From NCBI GenBank assembly GCA_000004695.1, contig CM000151.3, positions 4,704,001-4,768,000 on the forward strand: DNA of 64,000 nt. Reading direction: 5' to 3'. The notes below the pieces were generated by a model. That model saw nothing but the letters and a program-made list of their open reading frames with translations. It was not told the origin of the DNA and searched no databases. Below are positions 13,105 through 32,145 of this stretch, one piece after another (position 1 is the stretch's first letter; every line of letters starts with the position of its first letter). The stretch is from Dictyostelium discoideum. Lineage: Eukaryota. A program made the position numbers and the translations under genes.

Positions 13105-13633
13105 TTTTTTGTTTTTTATTTTATAATATTTTTTTTTATTAATATTGTTTTTGTTTTTATTAATAAATACTTGTTCATCATATTTTTTGTTTATTTTTTT
13201 TTTTTTTTTTTAATTATTATTATTATTTTTTTTATTAAATCTGACAATACACACACTCTCACCACATTTTTTGGTCGATTTATGGCTATTGGGATTATTT
13301 TACAAAAACACACAACTGCAATACCACACCAAACAAATTATTATAAAACAAAGAATAATTTAAATACCAATATTTAATGGCAAAAAAAAAAAAAAAAATG
13401 TTATCACGATTAAAAAAAAAAAAAAAAAAAAATTTAATAAAATATTATATTGGAATTTAATTTTATTATTTTTTTAGTTTTTTAACATAATGAAAACAAT
13501 GAAACTATTCTTTAAAAAAAATTTTTTAGGTTGACTTTTAAAAAATAATAATACAACACAGTATTTCTTGAAAGTGTGGGTTTTTTTTATTTTTTATTAA
13601 TTCTATTTTTAAAAATTAATAATTGTTTTTATA

Positions 13634-13636
<3 letters not shown>

Positions 13637-13708
<72 letters not shown>
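13637..13708. repeat. (ATT)n microsatellite, ~24 units
   Basis: Perfect attattatt... run seen directly in intergenic DNA. Confidence 0.9.
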
Positions 13709-13709
<1 letters not shown>

Positions 13710-14569
13710 TTAAAGAACATATTTATTTTCTAACAGATGATCAATTATATTTTTTTTATTAATTTTATTTTATAAGTTTCTGATAAAAAACACTCTTGCC
13801 AATTTTTATTTTTTATTTTTTAATTTTTTAAAGTTTAGATAAGGATTTAGTGTGGTAAAATTAAATTTAATAAAAAAAATAAATGAAAAATAAATATAAA
13901 TTAATAAAATAATATTAATCATAATTGGGTTTTGTTTTAAAAGTTAAAAAAACGATCAGTGAATAGATTTAATTTTATTATTTTCACAATAGAACTATTT
14001 TAATTATTTAGTTTTTAATTATGTGGACTTTTAATGAAAAATTGATTAAAAAGATTCCTCATATTGATTTTTGATTCGCATTATCAAGATAGTTTAAGGT
14101 GATGATGAAAACTTTGATCCACCAACTCAAACTGGATATTTAATATTTTTTGTGGTGCGAAATGATTTTAGTTTTAGTAACACCACAAAAAATACCTTAA
14201 AGAATAATTGTGGCACAACATAATAAAAGGTAATTTAACTTTTTTTTTTTGACCCTTATATTAGTAAAAAAAAAAAAAAAAAAAAAAAAAATAATAATAT
14301 GTTTCTTCTAATTTTCCATACTTTAATTTATTTAGTTTTTTCTATTTTTTAAAAAAAATAAAAATATCAAATAATTATTGATTTTAAATTAATTTGTTAA
14401 AATATGAATTTTAACTTAATTATTTTTTTTTTTTTTTTGTATTAAACTTTGTAAATAATCTTTTACTTCACTGGTTTCTTTAACAATTATGAACAATAAT
14501 TTTATGTGAATTTTTTAGAAAAAAAAAAATTTATTTTTAAAGACTATAAACATTATAAATCAAAAAATC

Positions 14570-16100
<1,531 letters not shown>

Positions 16101-16550
16101 AAAATAGTACCACTATTTATTTTCAAAAAAAAAAAGACTTTGTTGAAAAAAAAAAAAGATAGATATCATAGATTTATAATTATTCATTAGTTTGAAACAA
16201 AGTGATTTTAACTTTATTTAAACTAAAGTTAATTAAAAAACTTATTAAAAAAAAATAAAAAAATAAAAAAAATAAAAAAATAAAAAAAAGTTCTAGAACG
16301 AATTTTTAACACGTTTGTTTTTTTTTTTTATAAAAATAAAATTTAAAAATAGAAGGTGCCTTCAGAAGATTAATTAAAAAATTATGATGTAATTTTAAAT
16401 GAATAAAAATTTTTTTTAAATAATTTAATTTAATATAAAAATGATTTTTTTTTTTTTATTCAAAGCATCAAATTAAAAAACTAAAAATAGTAAACAACAA
16501 ATAATAATAAACAAATAATTATATATATTTTTTTAAAAAAAAAAAAAAAA

Positions 16551-16802
16551 ATGATAGAAATTAATAATAAAGTAGATTATATATTCTATACAAACAATAC
16601 TCCAAATACTTATAAAATTAAATTAATTTTACTTGAGTTAGAAAAGAAACATAGTATTACTTTTGAAAGTAGATATATTAATATTACAAAAAAAGAAAAT
16701 TATTCAGATGAATTTGTAAAGGTAATTATAATATTTATTATCTTTGTTTTTAAAAAAAAATAATAAAAATTAATTTATCATTTTATTAATTTTATTATTA
16801 TT

Positions 16803-16843
<41 letters not shown>

Positions 16844-17540
16844 TTAATCCAAATAAAAAAGTTCCAGCAATTGTCGATCAAACTGGTGAAAAACCATTTG
16901 TTGTATTCGAATCTGTATCAATTTTAATATATTTAGCACAAAAGTATAATACTTTCCTTCCAGACTTTAAAACCAATCCACATGAAAATTCAGACGTTAT
17001 TACATGGGCAGTTTGGCAAGCAGGTATGTTTAAAAAGATAAAGAAATATTATTAAAAAAATCATTAATAATTTTTAACAATAATATCTTTTTTTTTTTTA
17101 ATAAATTAGCCAACCTTGGACCAGCATTTGGACAATATTTCCATTTTTCATACTTTTCACCAACTGTCCAAGAATATTCTTTACATAGATTCAATAATGA
17201 AGCTCAACGTGTTCTTAGATTATTAGATGATAGATTATCAGTATCACAATATATTGGTGGAAATGAATTCTCAATTGCAGATATTGCAAGTGCAGGTTGG
17301 TTATTATACTTAAACTTTGCACCAATATATAAAGCAACTAAAGAACGTTTCCCACATATTTTTAAATGGTTAGATTTAATTAATCAAAGAGATGCTGTTA
17401 AAGAAATTAACCAATCAATTTCAGAAGGTTTTAAAACTTTTAATCCAAGTGCACTTCGTGCATTATTTACAGATGATCCTGAATTAATCAATGCTAAAGC
17501 TCCGATTGGTATTGAAAATGTTGTTTTAAAATATGATTAA
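16551..17540 (+). CDS. Glutathione S-transferase-like protein; three exons 16551..16721, 16843..17023, 17110..17540 (~261 aa).
   Basis: Exon 1 is MIEINNKVDYIFYTNNTPNTYKIKLILLELEKKHSITFESRYINITKKENYSDEFVK|GTAATT. Exon 2 is INPNKKVPAIVDQTGEKPFVVFESVSILIYLAQKYNTF...|GTATGT. Exon 3 is ANLGPAFGQYFHF...EFSIADIASAGWLLYLNF...KYD*. The GST N-terminal thioredoxin-fold signatures (VPAIVD, FESVSILIYLA) and the C-terminal helical domain are present. The intron phases are consistent (0, 1). Confidence 0.8.
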
Positions 17541-17819
17541 AAATATAAAATTATAAAATATAAAATAAAGTATTTGTTTAACTCTTTCCCCACTCAATCG
17601 CAAATTAAAAAAAAAAAAAAGGTGTTTCTCTTTTTTTTTTTTATCCAAACTCTTTACTATTCAAAAAAATAAATAATATAAAATATAATATGATAAATAA
17701 TAAAATAAAAAATAAAAAAAATAATAAACAAAACACAATTTTGGTTTTTTTTTAAACAAATTATCATTGAATTGACAAAAAAAAAGTTTGAAAATGGGAA
17801 GTGGGTCAAAAAAAAAAAA

Positions 17820-19270
<1,451 letters not shown>

Positions 19271-19515
19271 CCGACCTTTAAAAAAAAAAAAAATTTGTTT
19301 ACTTTTATTTTATTTATTATTTTTATTATTAAAAAAAAAGGTTGTTTTAAATTTGGAGATTAGATTTATTGTTGATTTAATAAATACCCATTATTTTAAT
19401 TTTCAAAAAAATTTAATTAATAAATTTAATGGTTAATTTTTTTTTTTTTTTTTTTTTTTTATTTAATTTTTTTTTTTTTTTATTTTTTTATTTTTTAAAT
19501 ATTTTGAAATAATAA

Positions 19516-20640
19516 ATGGAATGTGGAGATGTTCAAGCTTTAGTAATCGATAATGGTTCTAGTATAAGTAAAGCCGGTTTTGCGGGTGATGATGCTCCAC
19601 GTGCTGTTTTCCCATCAATTGTTGGTCGTCAAAGATATAGGGATGTTATGGTTGGTATGGGTCAAAAGGATTCATATGTAGGTGATGAGGCTCAATCAAA
19701 AAGAGGTATCTTAAATCTCAAATATCCAATTGAACGTGGTATCATAACCAATTGGGATGATATGGAAAAGATCTGGCATCATACTTTCTACAATGAACTA
19801 CGTGTTGCACCAGAGGAGCATCCAATACATTTAACCCTATCTCCATCAAGTTCAAAAGCAAACAGAGAAAAGATGACTCAAATCATGTTTGAAACTTTCA
19901 GTAATCCAGCAATGTACATATCAATTCAATCAGCTTTATCATTATATGCATCTGGTCTTACCACTGGTATTGTCATTGATTCAGGTGATGGTGTTTCCCA
20001 CACTGTACCAATCCTTGAAGGTCATTCAATAAACCATGCTATCTCACGTTTGGATTTGGCTGGTAATGATCTCACTGATTATTTGGGTAAATTATTATCT
20101 GGACGTGGCTATCCATTCATATCAATTGACGAAACAGAAATAGTCAGAGATATCAAAGAAAAACTATCATATATCACATTAGATTTCCAAAATGAAATTA
20201 AAATTGTTTCATCAGCATTAGAGAAATCATATGAATTACCAGATGGTAAAGTGATTTCAATTGGTAATGAACTTTTTCGTTGTCCAGAAGCTCTCTTCCA
20301 ACCATCATTCTTAGGTATGGAATCAGCTGGTATTCACGAAACCACATACAATTCAATTATGAAATGTGATGTCGATATTCGTAAAGACCTATATGATAAT
20401 GTTGTATTATCAGGTGGTACAACTATGTTCCCAGGTATTGCTGATCGTATGAACAAAGAATTAACTGCATTAGCACCATCAACAATGAAAATCAAAATCA
20501 TTGCACCACCAGAACGTAAATACTCAGTTTGGATTGGTGGATCAATGTTATCATCGCTCTCAACTTTCCAACAAATGTGGATTTCCAAAGAAGAATATGA
20601 CGAATCTGGTCCATCAATTGTTCACAGAAAATGTTTCTAA
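19516..20640 (+). CDS. Divergent actin paralogue (374 aa) in tandem with the preceding actin; intact ORF but many substitutions at conserved positions. It is either a fast-evolving actin variant or a pseudogene with a retained ORF.
   Basis: [26 protein letters not shown]... differs from canonical actin in the first phosphate-binding loop (GSGMCK to GSSISK), has a 2-aa deletion ([15 protein letters not shown] to [14 protein letters not shown]) and carries many subdomain-4 changes. The last ~400 nt and the 3' UTR (20641..20700, tgatgaaattgtttctcaca) remain nearly identical to the neighbouring actin. Confidence 0.75.
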   Translation: MECGDVQALVIDNGSSISKAGFAGDDAPRAVFPSIVGRQRYRDVMVGMGQKDSYVGDEAQSKRGILNLKYPIERGIITNWDDMEKIWHHTFYNELRVAPEEHPIHLTLSPSSSKANREKMTQIMFETFSNPAMYISIQSALSLYASGLTTGIVIDSGDGVSHTVPILEGHSINHAISRLDLAGNDLTDYLGKLLSGRGYPFISIDETEIVRDIKEKLSYITLDFQNEIKIVSSALEKSYELPDGKVISIGNELFRCPEALFQPSFLGMESAGIHETTYNSIMKCDVDIRKDLYDNVVLSGGTTMFPGIADRMNKELTALAPSTMKIKIIAPPERKYSVWIGGSMLSSLSTFQQMWISKEEYDESGPSIVHRKCF

Positions 20641-20818
20641 ATTAATTAATTAAAAATTTTAATGATGAAATTGTTTCTCACAAACAAACAATTTAATAAA
20701 TGCACAATAAAAAAAAAATAATAATAATAATTATTTTTTTTTGAATAATAATTGACTTTAATATAAAAAAAGATATAGAAATTTTTTTATTTTAATTGAT
20801 TTTAAATTAAAACTTGCC

Positions 20819-20849
<31 letters not shown>

Positions 20850-21008
20850 GAGTTTTGAGTTTTGAGTTGAAATATTGTTTATTTTAAAAAAGGAAAAAAA
20901 AACTGAAAAAAAAATTGAAAAAAAAAAAATTGAAAAAAAATTACCAAAAAAAGGCTTCATTTCTGGTAAAAAAAAAAAAAAAAAAATTAAAATAAAATAA
21001 AATAAAAA

Positions 21009-21039
<31 letters not shown>

Positions 21040-21094
21040 AAATATTTTTTTTTTTTTTTTTTTTTTTTAATTTCATTTTTTCATTTTCGCAAAA

Positions 21095-23242
<2,148 letters not shown>

Positions 23243-24090
23243 AAAAAAAAAAAAAAAAAAACTCCTCAACCAAAAAGTATATTTAATAAATAAATTTTTT
23301 TTTTTTTTTTTTTTTTTGGAATTTTAAGTGTTCAAAATTATCTATATCTAGGTGTCTTGGTTTTATTTTTATTTTTAAAAAAAAACCTCAATCTTAAAAT
23401 TGTTTTTAATTTTATCTTCAAATAGATTTTTTTTATTTATTTTATTTTGATTTAATTAATAACAAACCATTTTATTTAGGTAGATAAAACTTTAATTGAT
23501 AAAAAAAAACATATAAATAGATTTACACAAGACCTCTCGAACCATAATTTTATAAAATAGTATAAGAAACTTAAATTTGAAAATGGTGAAAACCTGATCA
23601 CTTAAGATTTAGCAATTTATAAATCATCCAAAGTACATCTAGTCCAATATTGTCCATTTAATACAAACATCTGAAAAAAAAAATAATAATTTAATAATAA
23701 TTTTTCAATAATAATTATTATTATTTTTCAAATTTAATTGTTCAATTTTTTTAATAACCTTAATATGTTCAACAATTTTTTTTTTTTTTTTTTTTTTGAT
23801 ACTGCAAATAAATAATAATAAAAAAAAAAAAAAAAAAAAATTCAATTTTAAATTAATAATTATCAATATTATCTATATTTTAAGAGTAGATAATAGATAA
23901 AAAAACAAAAAAAAAGTATAAATTATTTAGTAGATATATAACAGGTGTATATATTTTTTAATAAATTTTTTAGATATTGAAAATTTCAAATACCAATAAT
24001 TTAATAATACCAAAAAGGATAATTTTTTATTTTTTAATTTATTTTGATTGTAATTTATGACCCCAAATAAAATAACGAGTGGGACGAACG

Positions 24091-24147
<57 letters not shown>

Positions 24148-24669
24148 AAATTTTAATTCGGAATTAATTAAAATTGATATTAAATAAGATTTCTTCTACC
24201 TTCAACATTTTAAAAGGACTTAAATTTATATAACATTTTGAAAATTAAAGATTTTTTTAATAATAAAAAAAAAAAAATAAAAAAAAAATAAAAAAAAAAT
24301 AAAAAAAAAATAAAAAAAAATCACAGATTTATTTCAGATTTTGTTTTTTTTTTATTGTAAAAATTGCACTATATTATTTTTTTTTCACATTAATTTTCAA
24401 CAATTAAATTTTGATTAAATAATAAAAAAAAATATATAAAAAAATAAAAGGGGTTCCATGAAACCACTAAAAATAGGTACTCTTCGTTAGTTTCTAGGGT
24501 GTTTTTTTTATTTTTTTTTATTTTTTTTTATAATTACAATTATATTGTTTTTTTTTTTTTTTTTTTTTTTTATATATTTTCAACTCTTGTTTTGTTATTT
24601 TTTTTTATTCACTGTTTATTTTGATAATTAAAATTTTCTATTTTTTTTTATATTAATATTAATTAATCA

Positions 24670-26554
24670 ATGGAGTCTATTATAAATTTAATATTTTATA
24701 TAATTATTTTTTTAATTTTAATTGATTTTGTAAATATTTATATTTTGAAAACTATATATTATAATAAAATATAATAATATATATTATATTAAAATAATTT
24801 TTTTTTTTTTTTAAATACAGTTAAAAAAGAATATATCTTTTAGGAAAAATGAGCCACCAAGAGGAGGTGTTGCATTTCCAATATTTGGAGATTTACCAAA
24901 ATTAGGAGAGAACCCTCACAGATATTTAACAAACTTGGCAATGAAAAAAGGAGGAATCTATTCAGTTTGGTTAGGAGATGAAAAAGTTTTCATTTTAACT
25001 GACCCAGAAGCAGTTAGAGATGCATGGGTTAAACAGTTTAGAAATTTTAGTGACCATCCAAAAACAAAAAGTGTTAGAATATTTTCCGGTAATTTTAATG
25101 ATATGGCCTTCGCTGAATATTCTCAATGGAAAATAAATAGTAAATGGGTATCATCTGCCTTCACAAAGACAAAATTAAAAACTATTGGTGATTTAATTGA
25201 AAAGGAATCAAATTATTTTATTGAACATTTAAAAGCTTATTCAAATTCTGGTCAACCAGTAAGTAATTTTATTTTATTTTATTTATTTAAACTAATTTTT
25301 GATCAAAATAGAATTAATAGTTTACCACTTGAAGTTTTTTGTTTTTTTTAAAAAAAAAAAAAAAAAACATTTATAAATTTAAACCTGTTTTTTTTTAAAA
25401 AAGCTTTATAAAAGTAATTTAAAATTAATATTAATTTTTTTTAATTTATTTTTTGATAGATATTCCCAAAACCATACATAAGTAAATTTGGAATTAATGT
25501 TATTAGTGGTATGATGTTTAGTCAAGTTATATCAAAAGATGAAAGTGTTGATAAAGGTGCAATGGAGAAATTAACAGTTCCAATTCAAGCAGTTTTTAAA
25601 AGATTAGGAGCTGATAATCTTGATGATTTCATTAGCATTTTACAACCAGTATTTTATTTTCAAAATGAAAAATTTAAAAGACAAGTTCAAGAAATTTATG
25701 ATTATTTAGAAGGAATTTATAATCAACATGATACAAATTTAGATACTGAAAATCCAAAGGATTTAATGGACTTATTAATTATCTCAACTGAAGGTAAAGA
25801 AAGAGATATGATTATTCATATTGGTATGGATTGTTTATTGGCTGGTAGTGATAGTACTTCTGCCACATGTGAATGGTTTTGTCTATTTATGATAAATAAT
25901 CCAGATGTTCAAAAGAAAGCATATCAAGAATTAATTAATGCACTTAAAGATGAAGATAATAAAAAATTCATCCCAATCTCTAAAAAAGATAATTGTCCAT
26001 ATATGTTATCCATCTTTAAAGAAGTTCTCCGTTTAAGACCAGTTGGTGTATTAGGTATTCCTCGTGTTGCTTTAGAAGAAACAACTATAATGGGTTATAC
26101 AATTCCAAAAGGATCTCAAATATTTCAAAATGTTTATGGAATGAGTCATCTCTTTGTATCTGATCCTTATAAATTTAAACCAGAAAGATGGATTGAATAT
26201 AAAAAACAAAAAGATCTTTTAAAAGAAAAAGAAATGCAACAATTACAAGAAGGTGCTGATGTTGTTATTGATAATAAAAATAACATTAAAAATAACAACT
26301 CAAGTAACAAACCTAATTCAAAAACAAATTCTATTTTTGATGATTTAGATAAAGTTTCCATTCCATATTCAGTAGGTAATAGAAAATGTCCAGGTGCATC
26401 TCTCTCTGAATTGGCATTATTTTCATTGTGTTCAAATATTCTTCTCAATTTTGAACTTAAATCAATAGATGGAAAACCAATTGATGATACTGAGGTTTAT
26501 GGTTTAACAATTCATACTAAAGTACATCCAATTAGTTTAACACTAAGACCATAA
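24670..26554 (+). CDS. Cytochrome P450 monooxygenase; three exons 24670..24729, 24821..25258, 25460..26554 (~530 aa).
   Basis: The ORF-track pieces lack a membrane anchor. An upstream exon MESIINLIFYIIIFLILIDF (TM helix) joins via GTAAAT..ACAG in phase 0 to LKKNISFRKNEPPRGGVAFPIFGDLPKLG (Pro-rich hinge). The second intron runs GTAAGT (25259) to GATAG (25459). There is a C-terminal heme-binding signature PYSVGNRKCPGASLSE (FxxGxRxCxG), an EVLRLRP K-helix-like motif and AGSDST (I-helix AGxDTT-like). Confidence 0.85.
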
Positions 26555-26587
26555 TCATTAATCTTTTTATTTAATAATTATTAAATT

Positions 26588-26629
<42 letters not shown>

Positions 26630-26778
26630 AAAACAATTTTTTTATTTTCCAAGATATATTTACTCTTTTTTTTTACATAAAAAAAAAATAATAAAATACT
26701 TTATATATTTATCCATTAAATTTAATAAATAACTTTTTTTATTTTTTATTTATTTATTTTTTATTTTTTATTTTTTTT

Positions 26779-29700
26779 TTATTTACCCTTTAAAACTGAT
26801 GCAATTTCTCTTGTTCTATATTCTTTTGATGCTTGATAAGAAACAAAGATAGCGATACAAATTGACATAATGAGTACACCAATGAACCAAAAGTATGGGA
26901 ATTCAAAACTAAAAGGTAACTCTGTGAAAAGATCGAATTGAAGGGTAAGAGTTAGGGCGATACCTAAACCAATTGAAAGACCAAGTATCATTGAAGAAAA
27001 GATTAAAACCAATGCTTCATAGATATAGATACGAGTAACTTGAAAACTTGTTAAACCAATTGAACGTAAAACACCAAATTCCCAAGAGTTTTCATGAATA
27101 TTTGCACTGAATGAAACCCATAGCATAAAGAAACACAAAACAATGGAAGCCACTGAAACTGTGTAAAAGAAGATATTTAAAATTGTGACGGCAGTCTCTG
27201 TTGTGTCCAAAAGATGTTGAGTATCCATAACTTGAATATTATCAGTTTTAATGAAATTTCTAACACCATTGATGACGTACTCTCTTTCAATTTCAGAGGT
27301 ACCTTGTTTTAATTTAATGAGTACTTTTGATTTTGGAGCAACACTTGGTAAAACAACCGATGGATCGTTGGTAACAGAGTAAACCATCTGCATAATTCTA
27401 TAGAATTCATCATCATTGACCAAAATGGGAGAACCATAGGAAGTTTGAGAATAAGTTGAGAAAAAGAATGATGGGAACATTCTAACCATTGATTGACCTT
27501 TTGCTAACAATGTAATATGATTCACTGCGTTACTATATTGTTTATACTCTATATCCAAATTGAATGGTGAATCTGTATCTACACCACAAGTCAATCTAAA
27601 TGCTTCACTGAAAATGATATCTGTATAATTTTGATAGATGTAAGTGTTGTTCAAATGATTCTTTAACCATTTCCAAACTGGACTATTTGTAGGATATTGT
27701 TGACTACCATTTGATACAATGTTTGGTGGTGGAGTGATTACACCATTGAAATCCTCTGAAATGATATCACGATGTTCATTAACATATAAACTATTGATAA
27801 CATCGGGTATCTTCTTACCAGCACCATTATCTATGGTTGGGAAAGTTATTGTTTTGGACATTTCAGTTACTTCATAGAAATCTAAATAAGCACTTGAAAG
27901 GAAATTACTTTCGACACCATACATTCTAACATTTACCGATGGATATTCAGCCAATGGCATTAAATGAGTGGATCTAATATTCATAACTTTATCCAATGGG
28001 AATGTGATAACGGTATAATCGCTAATGACAGAGTTGGTATTGTTTGCTATATCATTATCCAAGAAAGCTCTAATATCAGCCTCTGGAATTGGATTCTTAA
28101 TACTTGTGGCCAATACGGAAATATCAGAACCAATACCTAAACGTACCAACTCTTGAATGTTATGACCCTGTAAACGGAATACACAACCTGTGAAAATGAT
28201 AAATGTTAAACTAATGGTTAACATTGTGGCAGTCTTTGAATTTCTAGTACTATGAGAGAAAAGATTCTTTCTAACCAATTGATAAAGTGATCTTCTATCG
28301 GGACCAACAATTAATGTGAAAATGACGGCTTTCTCTAATAATGGTTGAACTGCTTGTGCCAACATTGACATACCAAATAACATACCCATTAGAATACCAG
28401 TGAGAATACCAAAGAAAAGTCCCATATTTCTAAATGTAAATGATAGCGGTATTAAATAATAGACGGTGAAACCAACAGCCACAGCCAACAATGCCAACAA
28501 TGTTTGAAGTACATCTAAACCAACTTCTTCTAGTTTTTCGATTTTAACCAATGTTTCATTCTTTACTTGATGATAAACATCGAGTGCATCACGTAGTGTA
28601 CGTGATAAAGCACGTTGAATTGGTGCGATATTTGCAACGATTGGCATAAGAAAACCCATGAGCAAACCTGATACAATACTTGTGGTATGATATGTTAAAT
28701 CGATTGGTAATAATACAAATTGAACATAGACAAAGTAGGCAACGATTGCATAAAGGCACCAACCAATGAATAGACCAAAAACAATACCAGGAATACTGAA
28801 ATAGAGTGATTGAGTCAAGAGCAATAGAATCAAAGCATATTGACGCATACCTTGAGCACGTAACATACCATATTCAAATGTTTTACCTTCAACATCACTT
28901 AAAAGCAAACTATAGACCATTAATGCACCCAATACCAATAAGACTGCAGCGACACAATTGAAAATCTGATTCAATGATAACTTTGTATAAATGAACAATT
29001 GAAGTGTTGTTGCTAATGGAGTTGTGAAAGAAACTGGATAACTTATACCCAATAAAGTGGAGACTTGATTTGTGAATGCCATCATACCCTTGACCATATC
29101 TTCATTGGAGGAGGTGTAAACCTTTACACGATTCTCTAGCATTATCACTGGTGTCATTGAAAAATCATTTAATTTGAATGATTTTCTAAACGATTCAAAT
29201 TTATCTACGAATCTATTATATTGACCAATGTAATCGGTAACATTTGATAAACCAAACTCTTGTGCTTCAACCTCTAAGAATGTTAAAAAATCCTTATAGT
29301 CTTTACTTGTGATTTGATTATTAAATTGCTCCAATTTCTCCTTTATCAATGTTTCCAAATATGATGATTCCAATATACCAACATTACCAATTGTATTTGG
29401 ATATTTACCACCTGGCTCATCGATTGAACCCATAACCACCAAATCGTGATCAATTGATAAATCCGATCGAATTGAATTATAAAACTCTCTCAATGCAACC
29501 AATGGATAGAATGTCATTGTACCACTTTTCGAATCGATAACGAATCCTTTTGGACCAAACAAATCACTTAGGGTATCTTCAATATGAGTTCCAGGGTTCA
29601 TTAGGTCATAAGTTTCAATCAAATCGGTAACATCCATTTCTTTGGGTATTTTGAATCCAATTTGTAATTGAATAGAGTCAACTAAACTTTCAAAACTTGG

Positions 29701-30994
29701 AAAAGTAGCTGGCAATCCTAAACGTTGTAAAATATCAATGAAATCCATATGTAAATGTACCACTTGATTATTCATTGCTTTAACATTAATTCTTCTTAAA
29801 AATGGTGCACTAATATGAATTTGATTACCAACCAATGGTGGTAATGTCCAACCTCTTCCCAATCCTAATTCTTTTTCCAATGTTGAATTAATTGACATAA
29901 TTAATAATGTTGCACCATTTTTATTAATATTATTATTATTATTATCATCGTCAGAACTATCACTTGATGATAAACTACCACTTGATGATAAACTACTACT
30001 AGTGGTTGATGTTGTGTTTGAGGTTGTAATTGCAGCAATTGAAATCCAACGTGGAGCAACACCATGAACAGTTAAGGCATCAGCTAATTTTTGAGTTAAA
30101 TAAGTTGAATTTACAAAATAACCTGAATAATCCATTGTTAAAAATGATAATTGATCACTGATACCACCCAAAAAACCATTGAATAAATAGAATGGACTCT
30201 TTGATAATCTCTCTTCAACCAAACCTTGTTGTTTAATTAATTCCAATGCTTTTTTAATTCTCGTTGAAGTACTTGATTTACTTGTTTTATCTAAATATTG
30301 ATCCTCTTCTGAATCTGTATTTACAACTGTTAAACTTTGACTTTGATTACTTGAAACATAATTACCAGGATCACCAATCAATACTAAATCTAACTCTCCT
30401 GCTTGATCCTCTGATAATTTTAAAAATACAATTGGTGATGATTGAATTAAATTTTGTAAAAAACTAAAAAAAAAAAAAAAAGTAAAAAAAATAAAAAAAT
30501 AAAAATTAAAAACTTTTATATTAATATATAAAAATAAATTATAATAATTTAAATTATTTAAAACTTACCTTATAAATAATACAACTAAAAATACTGTAAA
30601 TAAACCTAATAATAAACTTTTTCGATTCTTTTTTGAGTTATTGTGAACATATTTTACAGCCACTCTAAGATCACCATACAAAGTATATCTTAATGAGAAA
30701 TAAATATAATAAATGAAACCTTTTACAGTGTTTAAATCAAAAACACCACTCGATAAAGGATTATCATTATCGTTGTTATTGTTGTATATATTTTTATAAT
30801 TATTGTTACTACTGCTACTACTACCAATGTTATTGCTATTATTTAAACTATATGTGTCGAATGTTCTATTTGATTTTAAAAATGGTGAATTTGTGTGTGG
30901 TGTAGAATGTGATGTTACACTATTTAATATGCTACCGCCACCATTACCACTACCACTACCACTACCACCATCATACTCGTTATCGCTATCGTAA

Positions 30995-31029
<35 letters not shown>

Positions 31030-31212
31030 GTTATTATTTTTATTATTATTATCTATATCTAATCTTTCATATCTTTTAGTATGTCTATTTGAATTTAAAT
31101 TGTTATTATATATTCGGTTATTTCTATTTGTATTTGGTGTATTTGAACTTGTATTACTACTTTCACTCTCATCTTCATATAGCAGATGATGGTGATTAGA
31201 TGAAATATTCAT
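26779..31212 (-). CDS. Large membrane protein (~1442 aa) with two FtsX/MacB-type permease domains and an N-terminal low-complexity region; exons 31212..30569 and 30463..26779.
   Basis: Exon 1 (MNISSNHHHLLYEDESE...poly-N...KSLLLGLFTVFLVVLFI) ends at an ATAAG|GTAAGT donor in phase 2. The acceptor TTTTTAG at 30464 restores the frame (..S FLQNLIQSSPIVFLKLSEDQAGELDLVLIGDPGNY...). There are two copies of the FtsX signature (GKTFEYGMLRAQGMRQYALILLLLTQSLYF... and ENSWEFGVLRSIGLTSFQVTRIYIYEALVLIFSSMILGLSIGL...). Each is followed by TM helices and preceded by a large extracytoplasmic domain, the MacB-like topology. Confidence 0.7.
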
Positions 31213-31488
31213 ATCACTTAATTCAACTAAAGGTTCCTTTTGAATTTTATTTTCTCTTTCAGTGTTTGAATTCCTTTAAAAAAAAAAAAAAAAAATTAGA
31301 ATAAAGGTAATAGCACAAAAAAAAAAAAAAAAGGAATTTTTTTTTTTTTAATTTTTAATGTTAATTGAATAAATAAATAAAAATAAAAAAACAAAAATAA
31401 ATTAATATATAAATTAATATATAAATTAATGTATTAATTAATTAAAAACAAAAACAATTTTAAAAAATTAACGAAAATAATAAGTGAG

Positions 31489-31519
<31 letters not shown>

Positions 31520-31881
31520 AATATCACACTAAAGCTATATGGTCACTGGCTCTTAAATCTTAATTTTATTATTGCTTTTTTGTTTTTTGTATGGAACGGA
31601 ACAAATTAAAATAAAAAAAAAAAAAAACACACAGACACACACAATAAAATAAAAGAATTGGGTTGTTTTCAATTTTTCATGTTTTTTTATTATTATAATT
31701 TTTTATTATGTTTATTAATTTATTTTGTCTATTTTTATTTTTTATTATTTTTTTTATTTTTTATTTTTTCGTATTGGTTTCAGACAATTAAGATTAATTA
31801 ATCAAAAAAAAACTTATATAAATTACATATATAAGTTTTTTGATTAATATATGTACATATATATATATAATATGTAATAAA

Positions 31882-31914
<33 letters not shown>

Positions 31915-32114
31915 AACTAATTTCACACACACACAACAACACACAGCATACAAAGGTCAACTAATCGACTTTGAAAAATAATGTTTATATGAATGTACAT
32001 ACCTATTCATTTTTTTTTTTCAATGGGTGCACTCCTATTGGGAGTAATTATTAACAATAGAAAAAAATTTATATATAGATTATAAATGAGAATTTATTTT
32101 TTTTTAAAAAAAAA

Positions 32115-32145
<31 letters not shown>

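Noticed and set aside
13033-13377. Poly-Phe ORFs in A/T homopolymer deserts (also 7139..7420 beyond the ATG exon, 7311..7634, 7476..7658, 8605..8826, 33221..33403, 49407..49647)
   Set aside because: Translation of poly-T/poly-A tracts; no coding potential.
24850-24935. ATG at 24850 as the P450 start
   Set aside because: It is out of frame with the P450 body (it hits a stop after 19 codons). The in-frame N-terminus requires the upstream TM-helix exon at 24670..24729.
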